From positions 367 to 64,366 of the forward strand of contig DXFK01000038.1 in assembly GCA_019114495.1 (NCBI GenBank): a stretch of 64,000 bases of DNA, read 5' to 3'. Numbering within the stretch: the stretch's first letter is position 1; every line of letters begins with the position of its first letter. Positions 1 through 9,984 of the stretch are shown here, piece after piece. Origin of the DNA: Candidatus Blautia stercoravium (GTDB lineage Bacteria; Bacillota; Clostridia; Lachnospirales; Lachnospiraceae). Both the position numbers and the translations under genes were made by a program. Below the pieces are notes generated by a model. That model did no database searches and had not been told where the DNA came from. It saw only the letters and a list, made by a program, of their open reading frames with translations.

Positions 1-350
1 AAGGAAACAATTTTCATAAACTGTTTGTCACGAAGCTCTCTGGCTACTGGTCCAAAAATACGAGTTCCTTTCGGTGTCTTGTCATCTTTGATAATAACAG
101 CAGCGTTTTCATCGAATTTGATGTAAGAACCATCTTTACGACGAACACCTTTTACAGTACGAACTACAACGGCCTTCACAACGTCACCTTTTTTCACAAC
201 ACCGCCTGGTGTTGCATCTTTAACTGTAGCAACGATTACATCACCGATGTTAGCATATCTTCTAGTAGAACCACCCATAACACGGATGCAGAGGATTTCT
301 TTTGCACCTGTATTGTCAGCGACTCTAAGTCTACTTTCCTGTTGAATCAT
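1..350 (-). CDS. rplN: 50S ribosomal protein L14 (3' end runs off the window)
   Basis: Reverse complement from the ATG at 350 reads [27 protein letters not shown]...[11 protein letters not shown]; follows rpsQ as in the canonical order. Confidence 0.97.
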   Translation of the reverse strand, partial: MIQQESRLRVADNTGAKEILCIRVMGGSTRRYANIGDVIVATVKDATPGGVVKKGDVVKAVVVRTVKGVRRKDGSYIKFDENAAVIIKDDKTPKGTRIFGPVARELRDKQFMKIVS

Positions 351-371
351 GCTTAGATTCCTCCTTACAAA

Positions 372-626
372 TTATTTTGCTCTTTCTACTACTTCAACAA
401 GTCTCCATCTTTTATCTTTGGATAATGGTCTTGTTTCCATAACTTTTACAGTATCACCGATATTGCATGTGTTTTCTTCATCATGCGCTTTTAATTTATA
501 TGTTCTCTTTACGATTTTTCCGTAAAGAGGATGTTTAACGTGGTCTTCGATAGCTACAACAATGGTCTTATCCATTTTGTCACTTACAACTTTACCAACA
601 CGTGTTTTTCTAAGATTTCTTTCCAC
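372..626 (-). CDS. rpsQ: 30S ribosomal protein S17
   Basis: [14 protein letters not shown]...KAHDE...[11 protein letters not shown] motifs. Confidence 0.98.
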   Translation of the reverse strand: MERNLRKTRVGKVVSDKMDKTIVVAIEDHVKHPLYGKIVKRTYKLKAHDEENTCNIGDTVKVMETRPLSKDKRWRLVEVVERAK

Positions 627-664
627 GATTATGCTGCTCCTTTCTATTTCTAGGAATGAATTCC

Positions 665-868
665 TTATGCGTTTGCTTTCTGAGCAATCAGAGTCTGGAT
701 TCTAGCGATGTTCTTGCGAACTTCTTTAATTCTGCTTGTGTTGTCCAGCTGATTTGTTGCATTCTGAAATCTCAAGTTAAAGAGTTCCTTTTTAGCAGCT
801 ACTAATTCTTCCTGTAATTCTGCAGCTGATTTTGTTTTTAAATCTTCTACATAATTTTTAATTTTCAC
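665..868 (-). CDS. rpmC: 50S ribosomal protein L29
   Basis: [32 protein letters not shown]; GTG start at 868 with GGCGGTG RBS inside the end of rplP. Confidence 0.95.
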   Translation of the reverse strand: MKIKNYVEDLKTKSAAELQEELVAAKKELFNLRFQNATNQLDNTSRIKEVRKNIARIQTLIAQKANA

Positions 869-1295
869 TGTTATCACCGCCTTCTAAGTCTGCACGAGAA
901 ACGATTTTACATTTACATGGTAACTTGTGCATCGCAAGACGTAACGCTTCACGAGCTGTGTCTTCCGGAACGCCTGCGATTTCAAACATTACTCTGCCTG
1001 GCTTTACAACTGCTACCCAGTATTCTAAGGCACCTTTACCGGAACCCATACGTGTTTCTGCTGGTTTTGCTGTTACTGGTTTATCTGGGAAAATCTTAAT
1101 CCATACTTTACCGCCACGTTTAATGTAACGAGTCATGGCAACACGGGCTGCTTCAATCTGGTTGGAACGAATCCAGCATGGTTCTGTTGCAACTAAACCG
1201 AATTCACCGTAATTGATTTTATTTCCTCTTAATGCTTTTCCTTTCATGGAACCGCGAAACTGTTTACGACGTTTAACTCTTTTTGGCATTAACAT
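858..1295 (-). CDS. rplP: 50S ribosomal protein L16
   Basis: [15 protein letters not shown]...RMGSGKG. Confidence 0.98.
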   Translation of the reverse strand: MLMPKRVKRRKQFRGSMKGKALRGNKINYGEFGLVATEPCWIRSNQIEAARVAMTRYIKRGGKVWIKIFPDKPVTAKPAETRMGSGKGALEYWVAVVKPGRVMFEIAGVPEDTAREALRLAMHKLPCKCKIVSRADLEGGDNSEN

Positions 1296-1297
1296 AA

Positions 1298-1954
1298 TTA
1301 TTTATCGCTCCCTTCCTTAGTTCCTTTTGTTGGAAGTACTTCGCCATTGTAGACCCATGCTTTTACGCCAACTTTGCCGTAAGTGGTATCTGCTTCAGCG
1401 AAACCATAGTCGATATCTGCTCTTAATGTCTGAAGCGGAATAGTTCCTTCGCTGTAGAACTCTGTACGAGCCATATCAGCACCGCCAAGACGTCCGGATA
1501 CGGAAGTTTTAATACCTTTCGCTCCGGCTTTCATTGTTCTGGACATTGTAGATTTCATAGCACGACGGAAAGAAATACGGTTTTCCAGCTGCAATGCAAT
1601 GTTTTCAGCTACTAACTGAGCATCTTTGTCCGGTCTTTTTACTTCTTTGATATCAACAACTACTTTTTTATCTGTGAATTTCTGTAATTCAACTTTCACT
1701 TTTTCGATTTCTGCACCGCCTTTACCGATAACAACGCCCGGTTTTGCAGTGTAGATAATAATTTTCACTCTGTCAGATGCTCTTTCGATTTCAATCTTGG
1801 AAACACCTGCGCTGTATAATTTCTTTTTCAGGTATGTTCTGATGTTGTAGTCTTCTACTAAGTTATCAGCGAAATCGCCTTCAGCATACCATTTGGAATC
1901 CCAGTCTTTGATAACTCCGACTCTGAGTCCGTGTGGGTTAACTTTCTGTCCCAT
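1298..1954 (-). CDS. rpsC: 30S ribosomal protein S3
   Basis: [13 protein letters not shown]...[12 protein letters not shown]...[11 protein letters not shown]. Confidence 0.98.
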   Translation of the reverse strand: MGQKVNPHGLRVGVIKDWDSKWYAEGDFADNLVEDYNIRTYLKKKLYSAGVSKIEIERASDRVKIIIYTAKPGVVIGKGGAEIEKVKVELQKFTDKKVVVDIKEVKRPDKDAQLVAENIALQLENRISFRRAMKSTMSRTMKAGAKGIKTSVSGRLGGADMARTEFYSEGTIPLQTLRADIDYGFAEADTTYGKVGVKAWVYNGEVLPTKGTKEGSDK

Positions 1955-1965
1955 GATACTCCTCC

Positions 1966-2352
1966 TTATCTCTCATCTAACACAACAGTAATATGGCAGT
2001 TTCTCTTTTCGATTCTGTAAGCTCTACCCTGAGCTCTCGGTTTGATTCTCTTCATTGTAGGTGCTTTGTTAGCGTAGCACTCTGCAATGTAAAGATTTTC
2101 CGGATTCATACCGTTGTTGTTTTCAGCGTTTGCGATAGCTGATTCCAGCAATTTTTTGATTACGCTGGAAGCGTATCTTGGGTTGTATGTTAAGATACCC
2201 AGTGCTGTCTGAACATCTTTACCACGAATTACATCCAGTACATAGCAAGCTTTCTGTACGGACATTCTTGCGTAGGATAATTTTGCAGACGGTCTTGTAT
2301 CTTTATTAGCATTTCTTGCTCTTTTAATCTGACTTCTATGTCCTTTTGCCAT
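1966..2352 (-). CDS. rplV: 50S ribosomal protein L22 (N-terminally extended)
   Basis: [25 protein letters not shown] motifs. Confidence 0.97.
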   Translation of the reverse strand: MAKGHRSQIKRARNANKDTRPSAKLSYARMSVQKACYVLDVIRGKDVQTALGILTYNPRYASSVIKKLLESAIANAENNNGMNPENLYIAECYANKAPTMKRIKPRAQGRAYRIEKRNCHITVVLDER

Positions 2353-2374
2353 GATAAAAGCCTCCTTTCAAATA

Positions 2375-2656
2375 TTAGCGAACACCTGATTTTTTCTCGT
2401 CTTTTCCATGTCCTCTGTATGTTCTGGTTGCTACGAACTCACCAAGTTTGTGACCAACCATATCTTCTGTTACATACACCGGCACATGTTTTCTTCCGTC
2501 ATGAACAGCGATTGTATGTCCAACGAAGGAAGGGAAAATTGTGGAACGACGTGACCATGTTTTGATAACTGTCTTATCGCCAGCAGCATTCATAGCGTCT
2601 ACTTTTTTCAGTAAGCTTTCATCTGCGAACGGTCCTTTTTTTAATGAACGAGCCAT
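2375..2656 (-). CDS. rpsS: 30S ribosomal protein S19
   Basis: [10 protein letters not shown]...TWSRRSTI...GHKLGEF. Confidence 0.98.
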   Translation of the reverse strand: MARSLKKGPFADESLLKKVDAMNAAGDKTVIKTWSRRSTIFPSFVGHTIAVHDGRKHVPVYVTEDMVGHKLGEFVATRTYRGHGKDEKKSGVR

Positions 2657-2670
2657 TGTCTTACCTCCTA

Positions 2671-3516
2671 CTATTTAGCTAATGTTTTACCATCTCTTCT
2701 TCTTACGATCAACTTGTTAGACTGTTTCTTTTTCTTTCTTGTCTTCAAGCCAAGAGCCGGTTTGCCCCATGGTGTACATGGACCTGGGCGTCCGATACCA
2801 GTCTTACCTTCACCACCACCGTGTGGATGGTCATTCGGGTTCATAACGGAACCGCGAACTGTAGGTCTGATACCCATGTGACGTTTACGTCCTGCTTTAC
2901 CAATGTTAATAAGGCTGTGCTCGCCATTTCCCACAACGCCGATAGAAGCGCGGCAGTTTAATGGAACCATTCTCATTTCACCTGATGGCAGACGAAGTGT
3001 TGCATATTTGCCTTCTTTTGCCATTAACTGTGCTCCGTTACCAGCGGAACGAACTAACTGTCCGCCTTTTCCCGGATACAGCTCGATATTGTGAATCATA
3101 GTACCAACCGGAATTTCAGATAATGGTAAGCAGTTACCAACTCTTACTTCGGCATTAGCACCATTCATAATCTTCATACCAACTTTTAAACCTTCCGGAG
3201 CTAAGATGTATGCTTTCTCACCGTCAGCATATGAGATAAGAGCAATATTAGCTGTTCTGTTCGGGTCGTATTCGATGGTTTTAACTGTTGCAGGGATATC
3301 ATCTTTTCTTCTCTTAAAGTCGATGATTCTGTATTTTCTTCTGTTTCCGCCTCCGCGGTGTCTAACTGTAATTTTACCCTGATTATTACGTCCAGCATTT
3401 TTCTTTAAGGACACTACCAGAGATTTCTCTGGTGTAGAAGTTGTGATTTCTGAGAAATCAGAACCTGTCATGTGTCTTCTGGAAGGTGTATATGGGCTGT
3501 ATGTTTTAATTCCCAT
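2671..3516 (-). CDS. rplB: 50S ribosomal protein L2
   Basis: [35 protein letters not shown]; start set at ATG 3516 after an AAAGGAG RBS. Confidence 0.98.
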   Translation of the reverse strand: MGIKTYSPYTPSRRHMTGSDFSEITTSTPEKSLVVSLKKNAGRNNQGKITVRHRGGGNRRKYRIIDFKRRKDDIPATVKTIEYDPNRTANIALISYADGEKAYILAPEGLKVGMKIMNGANAEVRVGNCLPLSEIPVGTMIHNIELYPGKGGQLVRSAGNGAQLMAKEGKYATLRLPSGEMRMVPLNCRASIGVVGNGEHSLINIGKAGRKRHMGIRPTVRGSVMNPNDHPHGGGEGKTGIGRPGPCTPWGKPALGLKTRKKKKQSNKLIVRRRDGKTLAK

Positions 3517-3644
3517 TACTGTCTCTCCTTTCATAACTGCACCATTGGGCCTTCAACATACCCTGGTGTTTCTTTGCCGCAGCCAAATATCGGATTATTT
3601 TTTCTCGACTGCTTGTCTATATTTCCGCAACCGAAAGACTTGAA

Positions 3645-3944
3645 TTAAAGTCCTTCAAAGATTTCAATATCTTTGCTGTCTTCTGTCAATGTAACAATAG
3701 CTTTTTTTGTCTTAGCAGTTTTTCCAAAAGTCATACCGCGTCTTTTGTTCTTTCCGTCTAAGTTCATTGTGTTGACAGATTTTACTTTTGTTCCTTCGAA
3801 CATTTTCTCAACAGCTTCTTTAATCATTGTTTTGTTTGCATCTGTGTGAACTAAGAAAGTATATTTTTTCTCGCCCATAGCAGCCATACTTTTTTCAGTC
3901 ACAACTGGTTTCAGGATTACATCATAATACTTTACGTTTGCCAT
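3645..3944 (-). CDS. rplW: 50S ribosomal protein L23
   Basis: KPVVTEKS...[10 protein letters not shown]...KKAIVTL. Confidence 0.97.
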   Translation of the reverse strand: MANVKYYDVILKPVVTEKSMAAMGEKKYTFLVHTDANKTMIKEAVEKMFEGTKVKSVNTMNLDGKNKRRGMTFGKTAKTKKAIVTLTEDSKDIEIFEGL

Positions 3945-4564
3945 TATGCGTATACCTCCTCGATCGCTGCTGCAGAAGCTTTTGTTAAGATTACTGTGTT
4001 GTATTTCAGCACGTCATATACGTTGATTGTATTTGGCAGTGCTGTGATAACATCAGGAATGTTTCTTGCAGATAATACTACGTTTGCATCGTTGTCAGCT
4101 AAAACAACCATTGCTTTAGAAACATTTAAGTTATTTAAAACATTCTGCATTGCTTTTGTTTTTACTTCATCTAATTTCAGTTCATCAAGAACGATAAGCT
4201 TGTTTTCCTGAACTCTGCTTGTCAGAGCGGATTTAAGAGCTAATCTTCTTTCTTTCTTATTCATTTTAACGGAATAGTCTCTTGGTGTAGGAGCGAATAC
4301 AACTCCGCCGCCTGTCCACTGTGGAGCTCTTGTTGAACCCTGTCTTGCATGACCAGTTCCTTTCTGTCTCCAAGGTTTTCTTCCGCCTCCGGAAACTTCA
4401 GAACGTGTTTTTGCTTTCTGTGTTCCCTGACGATTATTTGCAAGCTGGCGAACAACTGCTAAATGCACTAAGTGGTCGTTGACTTCAACACCGAACACTG
4501 CATCGTTTAATTCCATTGTTCCAACTTCTTTGCCTTCCATATTATAAACAGATACGTTTGCCAT
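3944..4564 (-). CDS. rplD: 50S ribosomal protein L4
   Basis: [33 protein letters not shown]. Confidence 0.98.
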   Translation of the reverse strand: MANVSVYNMEGKEVGTMELNDAVFGVEVNDHLVHLAVVRQLANNRQGTQKAKTRSEVSGGGRKPWRQKGTGHARQGSTRAPQWTGGGVVFAPTPRDYSVKMNKKERRLALKSALTSRVQENKLIVLDELKLDEVKTKAMQNVLNNLNVSKAMVVLADNDANVVLSARNIPDVITALPNTINVYDVLKYNTVILTKASAAAIEEVYA

Positions 4565-4593
4565 TTTATGTGGTCCTCCTTTCCAACGAAAAC

Positions 4594-5223
4594 TTATTTA
4601 CCGCATTTTACAGTTTCTTTGATTGTAACTAAGGATTTCTTAGGTCCCGGAACTGCGCCTTTTACTAACAGTAAGTTGTTTTCAGCGTCAACTCTTACAA
4701 CTTCCAGATTCTGAACAGTTACCTTTACATGTCCCATGTGTCCTGGCATTCTTTTTCCTTTGAATACTTTGGATGGGTCAGAACAAGCACCGTTGGAACC
4801 TGCATGACGGTGATATTTGGAACCGTGAGCCATAGGTCCTCTGGACTGTCCGTGTCTCTTGATAGCACCCTGGAATCCTTTACCTTTGCTGATTGCAGTT
4901 GCGTCGATTTTGTCGCCTGCCGCAAAGATGTCAGCTTTGATTTCCTGTCCTAATGTGTATTCGCCTTCTAATTTTAATTCTCTGACGAATCTCTTGCAGG
5001 AAACACCAGCTTTGTCAAAGTGTCCTTTCATTGGTTTGTTTACAAGATTTTCTCTCTTGTCAGCAAAACCAACCTGTACTGCTTCGTAACCGTCATTGTC
5101 CATGGTCTTAACCTGTGTTACTACACAAGGACCAGCCTGCAATACAGTTACTGGAGTTAATACTCCGTCTTCGTTGAAGATTTGAGTCATTCCGACTTTA
5201 GTAGCTAAGATTGCTTTCTTCAT
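4594..5223 (-). CDS. rplC: 50S ribosomal protein L3
   Basis: KVGMTQIF...[13 protein letters not shown]...GAVPGP. Confidence 0.98.
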   Translation of the reverse strand: MKKAILATKVGMTQIFNEDGVLTPVTVLQAGPCVVTQVKTMDNDGYEAVQVGFADKRENLVNKPMKGHFDKAGVSCKRFVRELKLEGEYTLGQEIKADIFAAGDKIDATAISKGKGFQGAIKRHGQSRGPMAHGSKYHRHAGSNGACSDPSKVFKGKRMPGHMGHVKVTVQNLEVVRVDAENNLLLVKGAVPGPKKSLVTIKETVKCGK

Positions 5224-5364
5224 TCTTTTTACCTCCTGTGAATCTACAGCGGATTACACTGTGATGTGCAATCATCCTAGACAAACAGTCAACATAAGTG
5301 GATGCTTAAAGCATTGCTTCTATATCAACCTTGTAAGGATAATCTCTCTTAACCTTAAACAGAA

Positions 5365-5682
5365 TTATTTCTGTTTCATTTTGATATCAATATAAACACC
5401 AGCCGGCATTTCCAGTCTTGCCAGAGCGTCAACTGTTTTCTGTGTCGGTGCAATGATATCAATCAGTCTTTTATGAGTTCTCTGCTCGAACTGTTCTCTG
5501 GAATCTTTGTATTTGTGAACTGCACGCAGGATTGTTACTACTTCTTTCTTTGTAGGAAGCGGTACCGGTCCGCTAACAGTTGCTCCATTCTTCTTAACAG
5601 TTTCGATGATTTTGCCTGCTGACGCATCTACTAACTGATGGTCATAAGCTTTTAAAGTGATTCTCATTACTTGACTTGCCAT
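5365..5682 (-). CDS. rpsJ: 30S ribosomal protein S10
   Basis: RITLKAYDH...GPVPLPT...[15 protein letters not shown]. Confidence 0.98.
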   Translation of the reverse strand: MASQVMRITLKAYDHQLVDASAGKIIETVKKNGATVSGPVPLPTKKEVVTILRAVHKYKDSREQFEQRTHKRLIDIIAPTQKTVDALARLEMPAGVYIDIKMKQK

Positions 5683-5903
5683 AAAAAAAGTCTCCTCCTT
5701 TTCGCACTTTTAATTAGTACGACAAGCGGCGACTGTACACATTCCCGTGTGTGTCATTTCAATTCTGCACACACTCCCACCTTAGTGGTAAGTCTTTAGA
5801 TGTAATACAGTGACTTGTCGTCAGTTTCCTAACTTGACATTCGCTCCACGGAAAACCTGTCTTTGACAGCAACCTCGCGCTTCATAGCTATCATGTCACA
5901 GCA
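5683..5903 (-). ncRNA. S10 operon 5' leader (probable Clostridia S10 ribosomal leader)
   Basis: ~220-nt untranslated leader between the promoter and rpsJ containing GCGCGAGGTTGC...GGTTTTCCGTGGAGCGAATGTCAAG; family assignment recalled, not searched. Confidence 0.55.
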
Positions 5904-5909
5904 CTTGTT

Positions 5910-5938
5910 AGTATAATGGAAGTTTTTCCAAAATGCAA
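5910..5938 (-). promoter_or_regulatory. sigmaA promoter of the S10 operon
   Basis: TTGCAT-17 bp-TATACT on the minus strand. Confidence 0.8.
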
Positions 5939-6013
5939 GTTTTTTTTCAATAGTTTTTTTATTTTTTTGTATTTTTTTTCATACATAACAAAAAAAAGCT
6001 GTCGGCACAATAA

Positions 6014-6081
6014 AAAACTGTCCCACTAACGCATATCAGAAATTTGTTGTATTCCTGACCGCTGTTCCATGGGACAGTTTT
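6014..6081 (-). terminator. Inverted repeat or probable terminator downstream of the SipW-like gene
   Basis: AAAACTGTCCCA (6014-6025) and TGGGACAGTTTT (6070-6081). Confidence 0.45.
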
Positions 6082-6087
6082 CTCTTC

Positions 6088-7212
6088 TTATACGATATCT
6101 GAATAATCCAGCAATGTAACTTTATTTTCTTCGTCGGTCTTGATTTCCGGCGCTTCTCCTGCTGCCTGTGCCTTGGCGAGAAGTTCCTGTACACTTGGGC
6201 TTTTCGGTACCGCATTTACATCAATCGCTGCCTCTTCTTCTGCCTCTTCAGACTCTGTTTCTTCTATATTATTATGGTTCTCAGAATCAGAGACTTCTGT
6301 CTCCGGTTCAACAGAAATTTCCGCCTGCTCTGTCTTTAGACCGCTCTGTGCAACTTCTTGCCCCGCTTGCTCTGCTGCATTTTCCAGTTCTTCTGCATTT
6401 GGCATAACTATGGTAGCATCTGGTGCCTGTTCCGGTTCACTGACCGCCGCAACACCCATAGCAATAGAAGACATGGCATCCTTCATGGCATCATCAAACC
6501 CCTGAAGCTCCGGACTTTCTTTCTCTGCGGAAGCTGGTGGAAGTTCTTCATCCTCGTCCTCCTCCTCATCATCCAGAAGTCCCTTCTTTGCCAATTTTCG
6601 GCGCTGTCTTTCTTCTTTTTTCAGACGACGACGTTCCCTGAAACTGAGTTCTTCTTCCTCGTCATCTTCGTCATCTTCGTCTTCCTCTTCTTCTACATCC
6701 TCATACTCTTCGTCATCCTCTTCATCATCCTCTTCATCCCTGTCTTTTCGCCACAGTTCTGAAAGAATGAAGAGAATCACCAAGAAAACAATTCCCACGC
6801 CTACTACTATCAACCCTTCTTTGCTCTGAAGGGCGATAGCTGCATATCCGATGAAGGGAACCACTGCCACAACCTTAGGAACAGATTTCTTCAAGTTAAT
6901 ATTTTCAGTGTCACTGCTTTTGCTGTAGACATCTTTTACCTGATAAACACCTGCACTGGCATCCATATCCTGAATTTCATAAATGTAGGTACTGGAACCT
7001 TCGTTATAGATAATCTTGTCCTTCTTTTCCAGTTTCTTTACATTGACGCTCTTTCCGTAGGCCACTGAACCCACAGGAAGATTTGTGTCTGTTCCGGTAT
7101 TATCATTCATAACCGTATCCACCCCGGCAAAGGGAGGTACCAGAAGAGCGGCTGCAATGATTATGGAAAAGAGAACCACCAGATTCACTATAATTTTCAG
7201 TATTTTTGACAT
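6088..7212 (-). CDS. SipW/S26B signal-peptidase-like membrane protein with degenerate active site and long acidic tail
   Basis: TM, LPVGS, VPFIGY, second TM match the SipW layout; SGSM, THR and KGD motifs replaced; ATG 7212 has a GAGGAG RBS. Confidence 0.6.
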   Translation of the reverse strand: MSKILKIIVNLVVLFSIIIAAALLVPPFAGVDTVMNDNTGTDTNLPVGSVAYGKSVNVKKLEKKDKIIYNEGSSTYIYEIQDMDASAGVYQVKDVYSKSSDTENINLKKSVPKVVAVVPFIGYAAIALQSKEGLIVVGVGIVFLVILFILSELWRKDRDEEDDEEDDEEYEDVEEEEDEDDEDDEEEELSFRERRRLKKEERQRRKLAKKGLLDDEEEDEDEELPPASAEKESPELQGFDDAMKDAMSSIAMGVAAVSEPEQAPDATIVMPNAEELENAAEQAGQEVAQSGLKTEQAEISVEPETEVSDSENHNNIEETESEEAEEEAAIDVNAVPKSPSVQELLAKAQAAGEAPEIKTDEENKVTLLDYSDIV

Positions 7213-7304
7213 TTGTGTACTCCTCACTTTACAACTTTGCCTTCATGTTTTCATAATATAGTCTATATTAACATTTTTCGGCACAGATGTATAGTGCCAA
7301 TTTA

Positions 7305-8684
7305 TTATTTCGTTTCCGCTGAAAGGAAAGCGCAGTAGCCTCTGTAAGCTTCGTAGATATCCACTTTGCTTGCAATTTCCCATGGAGCATGCATATTCAG
7401 CACTGCCACACCGCAGTCAATTACTTCCATATTATAGTTAGCCAATATGTAGGCAATGGTTCCGCCACCGCCCTGATCTACTTTTCCAAGCTCTGCTGTC
7501 TGGAAAGAAACCTGGTTGTCATCCATAATTTTGCGCAGTTTTGCAATGTATTCCGGGTTGGCGTCATTAGAGCCGCCTTTTCCTCTGGAGCCGGTGTATT
7601 TGTTGAAGGTAATACCGTGTCCCAGGTATGCGCTGTTTTTCTTTTCCATCACTTCCGGATAATTAGGGTCAAAGGCTGCGCTTACGTCCGAAGACAGCAT
7701 CATGGAATTTTTCAGCGCTCTTCTCAAAAGCAGTTCGCTGTATTGTCCTGCTGCATGCATAACCTCTGCTGTGGTATTTTCAAAGAAGCGGGACTGCATA
7801 CCAGTAGCTCCCACACTTCCGATTTCTTCCTTATCTACCAGCAGGCACACGGAGGTATATTTTACTTTGTCCTGTGCAAGAGTCGCCATAAAGGAAGGAT
7901 AAGAGCAGACACGGTCATCATGTCCGTAAGCCATAATCATGCTCCTGTCCAGACCGTAATCTCTGGCCGGACCTGCCGGTACTACTTCAAATTCTGCTGA
8001 AAGAAAATCTTCCTCTTCCATATCATATTTTTCTTTCAGAATAGAGAGAATCTGTGCTCTGACCGGTTCTTCTTCCTTGCCCTCCAAAGGCATGCTTCCT
8101 ACCAACACGTTCAGGTTTTCTCCCTCAATGACTTCTGCAGCCGTTTTCTGGAGCTGCTTTGCAGACAAATGAACCAGGAGGTCGGAAATACCAACTACCG
8201 GGTCATCTCCGTCTTCACCGATAACCACATTCACCACTTCCCCGTTTTTCTTTGCCACAGTCCCGTGAAGCGCCATAGGAAGGGTCACCCACTGATATTT
8301 CTTCACACCGCCGTAATAATGGGTATCCAGAAGTGCCTGTTCCTGGTCTTCATATAAAGGATTCTGTTTCAAATCCAGTCTTGGGGAGTCAATATGCGCG
8401 CCCAGGATTCTCATACCTTTTTCCATGGGTTCTTCACCGATAAGGTACATAGCCAGGCATTTTCCCATATTGTTGGCATATACTTTATCTCCCGGCTTCA
8501 GGCTCTCACCATGTTCAATCACTTCATTCAGATTGCGGTATCCGGCCGCTTCTGCCTGCTGTACCATTTCAGTCACACATTCTCTCTCTGTCTTGCAGGT
8601 GCTCATAAAGGATTTATATTTTTCGCAAAAATCAAAAACTTCTGTTTTGTCACTGTATTTTTTCCAAGCGTTTTCTGTTTTCAT
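7305..8684 (-). CDS. M18 family aminopeptidase
   Basis: GAHIDSP, GHDDR, DKEEIGS, SSDV, NMHAP metal ligands; start ATG 8684 with GGAGG RBS. Confidence 0.92.
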   Translation of the reverse strand: MKTENAWKKYSDKTEVFDFCEKYKSFMSTCKTERECVTEMVQQAEAAGYRNLNEVIEHGESLKPGDKVYANNMGKCLAMYLIGEEPMEKGMRILGAHIDSPRLDLKQNPLYEDQEQALLDTHYYGGVKKYQWVTLPMALHGTVAKKNGEVVNVVIGEDGDDPVVGISDLLVHLSAKQLQKTAAEVIEGENLNVLVGSMPLEGKEEEPVRAQILSILKEKYDMEEEDFLSAEFEVVPAGPARDYGLDRSMIMAYGHDDRVCSYPSFMATLAQDKVKYTSVCLLVDKEEIGSVGATGMQSRFFENTTAEVMHAAGQYSELLLRRALKNSMMLSSDVSAAFDPNYPEVMEKKNSAYLGHGITFNKYTGSRGKGGSNDANPEYIAKLRKIMDDNQVSFQTAELGKVDQGGGGTIAYILANYNMEVIDCGVAVLNMHAPWEIASKVDIYEAYRGYCAFLSAETK

Positions 8685-8719
8685 TTTATCTTGCCTCCTG
8701 TATTTTCTCTTGTTTCTCA

Positions 8720-8785
8720 ATTCTACTACAACTTTCTCCTGATTGCAAGGCAGGCCTTGATTCTTCCCCCACCTTCCATTATAAT
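8720..8785. promoter_or_regulatory. Divergent sigmaA promoters
   Basis: Minus: TTGCAA-17-TAGAAT (8748-8720). Plus: TTGATT-17-TATAAT (8757-8785). Confidence 0.6.
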
Positions 8786-8838
8786 AATGTTACTATTTAA
8801 CGCTTTAAATGAATAGCAACACAAAAGGTGGAACCCCT

Positions 8839-9636
8839 ATGGATACAAAACAGAAAATTAAAATCATCGAAGATCTTTCTCTAAACGCCTGGCCCTCTTA
8901 TCAAATACAGATATATGACGGGTGGATTCTCCGGTTTTCTTATTTTTATACGCACAGAACAAACTGTATTGAACAGCTTGGCCTTTCTTCCATTCCCTTA
9001 CAGGACAAGTTGGATTACTGTGAAGAAATTTATGAAAAATGGGGAACTCCGGCTATTTACAAGATCAACCCTCTGATGGACAGTTCTTTTGACCAGAAGC
9101 TGATGGAACGTGGGTATTTCATGGCTCATGTAACGGAGGTGATGACACAGAATCTGTATGCGTATAAGATGTCCGGAAAACAGAATCCAAATATCAGCCT
9201 TCATACGAAAATTTCAGACCAGTGGCTGAAAGGTCTGTTTACCATGAAGGGAATGACAAACGAGACCCATTTAAAAATCGTCCCTTCCATGTATGCAGCC
9301 ATTCCAAAAGACACTCTGGCCGTATGCGCATGGCATGACGGCAAAATTATAGGAACAGGACTGGGTATTCTGGACCGGGATTATGTAGGGCTCTATGCCA
9401 TTCACGTACACCAGGACTTCCGTGGAAAAGGAATTGGGCGGGATATCTGTGAAACACTGCTGGAAGCTTCCAGACAGCACGGTGCGGCTTTTGCTTATCT
9501 GCAGGTGGTGCAAGGGAATCTTCCTGCAAAAAAACTGTATGAAGCCCTGGGCTTTCAGAATTTTTATACTTACTGGTTCCGCCAACAGTATCCGGTGGCA
9601 CGGGGCGAAAATGCCCCCTGCGAGGGGCAGAAATAG
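8839..9636 (+). CDS. GNAT family N-acetyltransferase
   Basis: NAWPS...DGWILRF N-terminal part; VHQDFRGKGIG acetyl-CoA motif A; N-x-x-A-x-x-L-Y-x-x-LGF motif B. Confidence 0.85.
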   Translation: MDTKQKIKIIEDLSLNAWPSYQIQIYDGWILRFSYFYTHRTNCIEQLGLSSIPLQDKLDYCEEIYEKWGTPAIYKINPLMDSSFDQKLMERGYFMAHVTEVMTQNLYAYKMSGKQNPNISLHTKISDQWLKGLFTMKGMTNETHLKIVPSMYAAIPKDTLAVCAWHDGKIIGTGLGILDRDYVGLYAIHVHQDFRGKGIGRDICETLLEASRQHGAAFAYLQVVQGNLPAKKLYEALGFQNFYTYWFRQQYPVARGENAPCEGQK

Positions 9637-9653
9637 ATACTTTTCCGCAAAAA

Positions 9654-9692
9654 CGGCCAGCCGGTTTCCAAAGATGGAATTCCCGCTGGCCG
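9654..9692. terminator. GC-rich hairpin between convergent GNAT and HPr genes
   Basis: CGGCCAGC...GCTGGCCG inverted repeat. Confidence 0.45.
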
Positions 9693-9723
9693 CTCACATT
9701 CTCTTTATATTTTCCTTTTCCTA

Positions 9724-9984
9724 TTATTTCGCTTTATTACTCAGGTATTCTTCTATGCTCTTCATAGCTTCTTCTTCATCAGCACCATCTACAGATACTG
9801 TTACACTTTCCCCGTTATCCAATCCAAGACTCATCATTCCCATAATACTCTTGGCATTCACCTTTCTTGCCTCGCTTTCCAGGTAAATGTTGCTTGTATA
9901 CTGGCTCGCTACCTGTACAAGCATTGCGATAGGTCTTGCCTCCAGACCGTTTGAGATTCCGATAGTAATAGACTTTCTAATCAT
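9724..9984 (-). CDS. HPr family protein (Crh-like; Glu at the His15 position)
   Basis: GLEARP in place of GLHARP; NAKSIMGMM (Ser46) retained; ATG 9984 with GGAGG RBS overlapping the whiA stop. Confidence 0.9.
   Translation of the reverse strand: MIRKSITIGISNGLEARPIAMLVQVASQYTSNIYLESEARKVNAKSIMGMMSLGLDNGESVTVSVDGADEEEAMKSIEEYLSNKAK

Noticed and set aside
1966-2352. N-terminal extension of L22
   Set aside because: Appears to be a lineage trait rather than a novelty
6550-6745. TCC/TCT/TCA-rich low-complexity tract as a repeat array
   Set aside because: It encodes the Asp/Glu run of the SipW-like tail; no repeat-spacer structure
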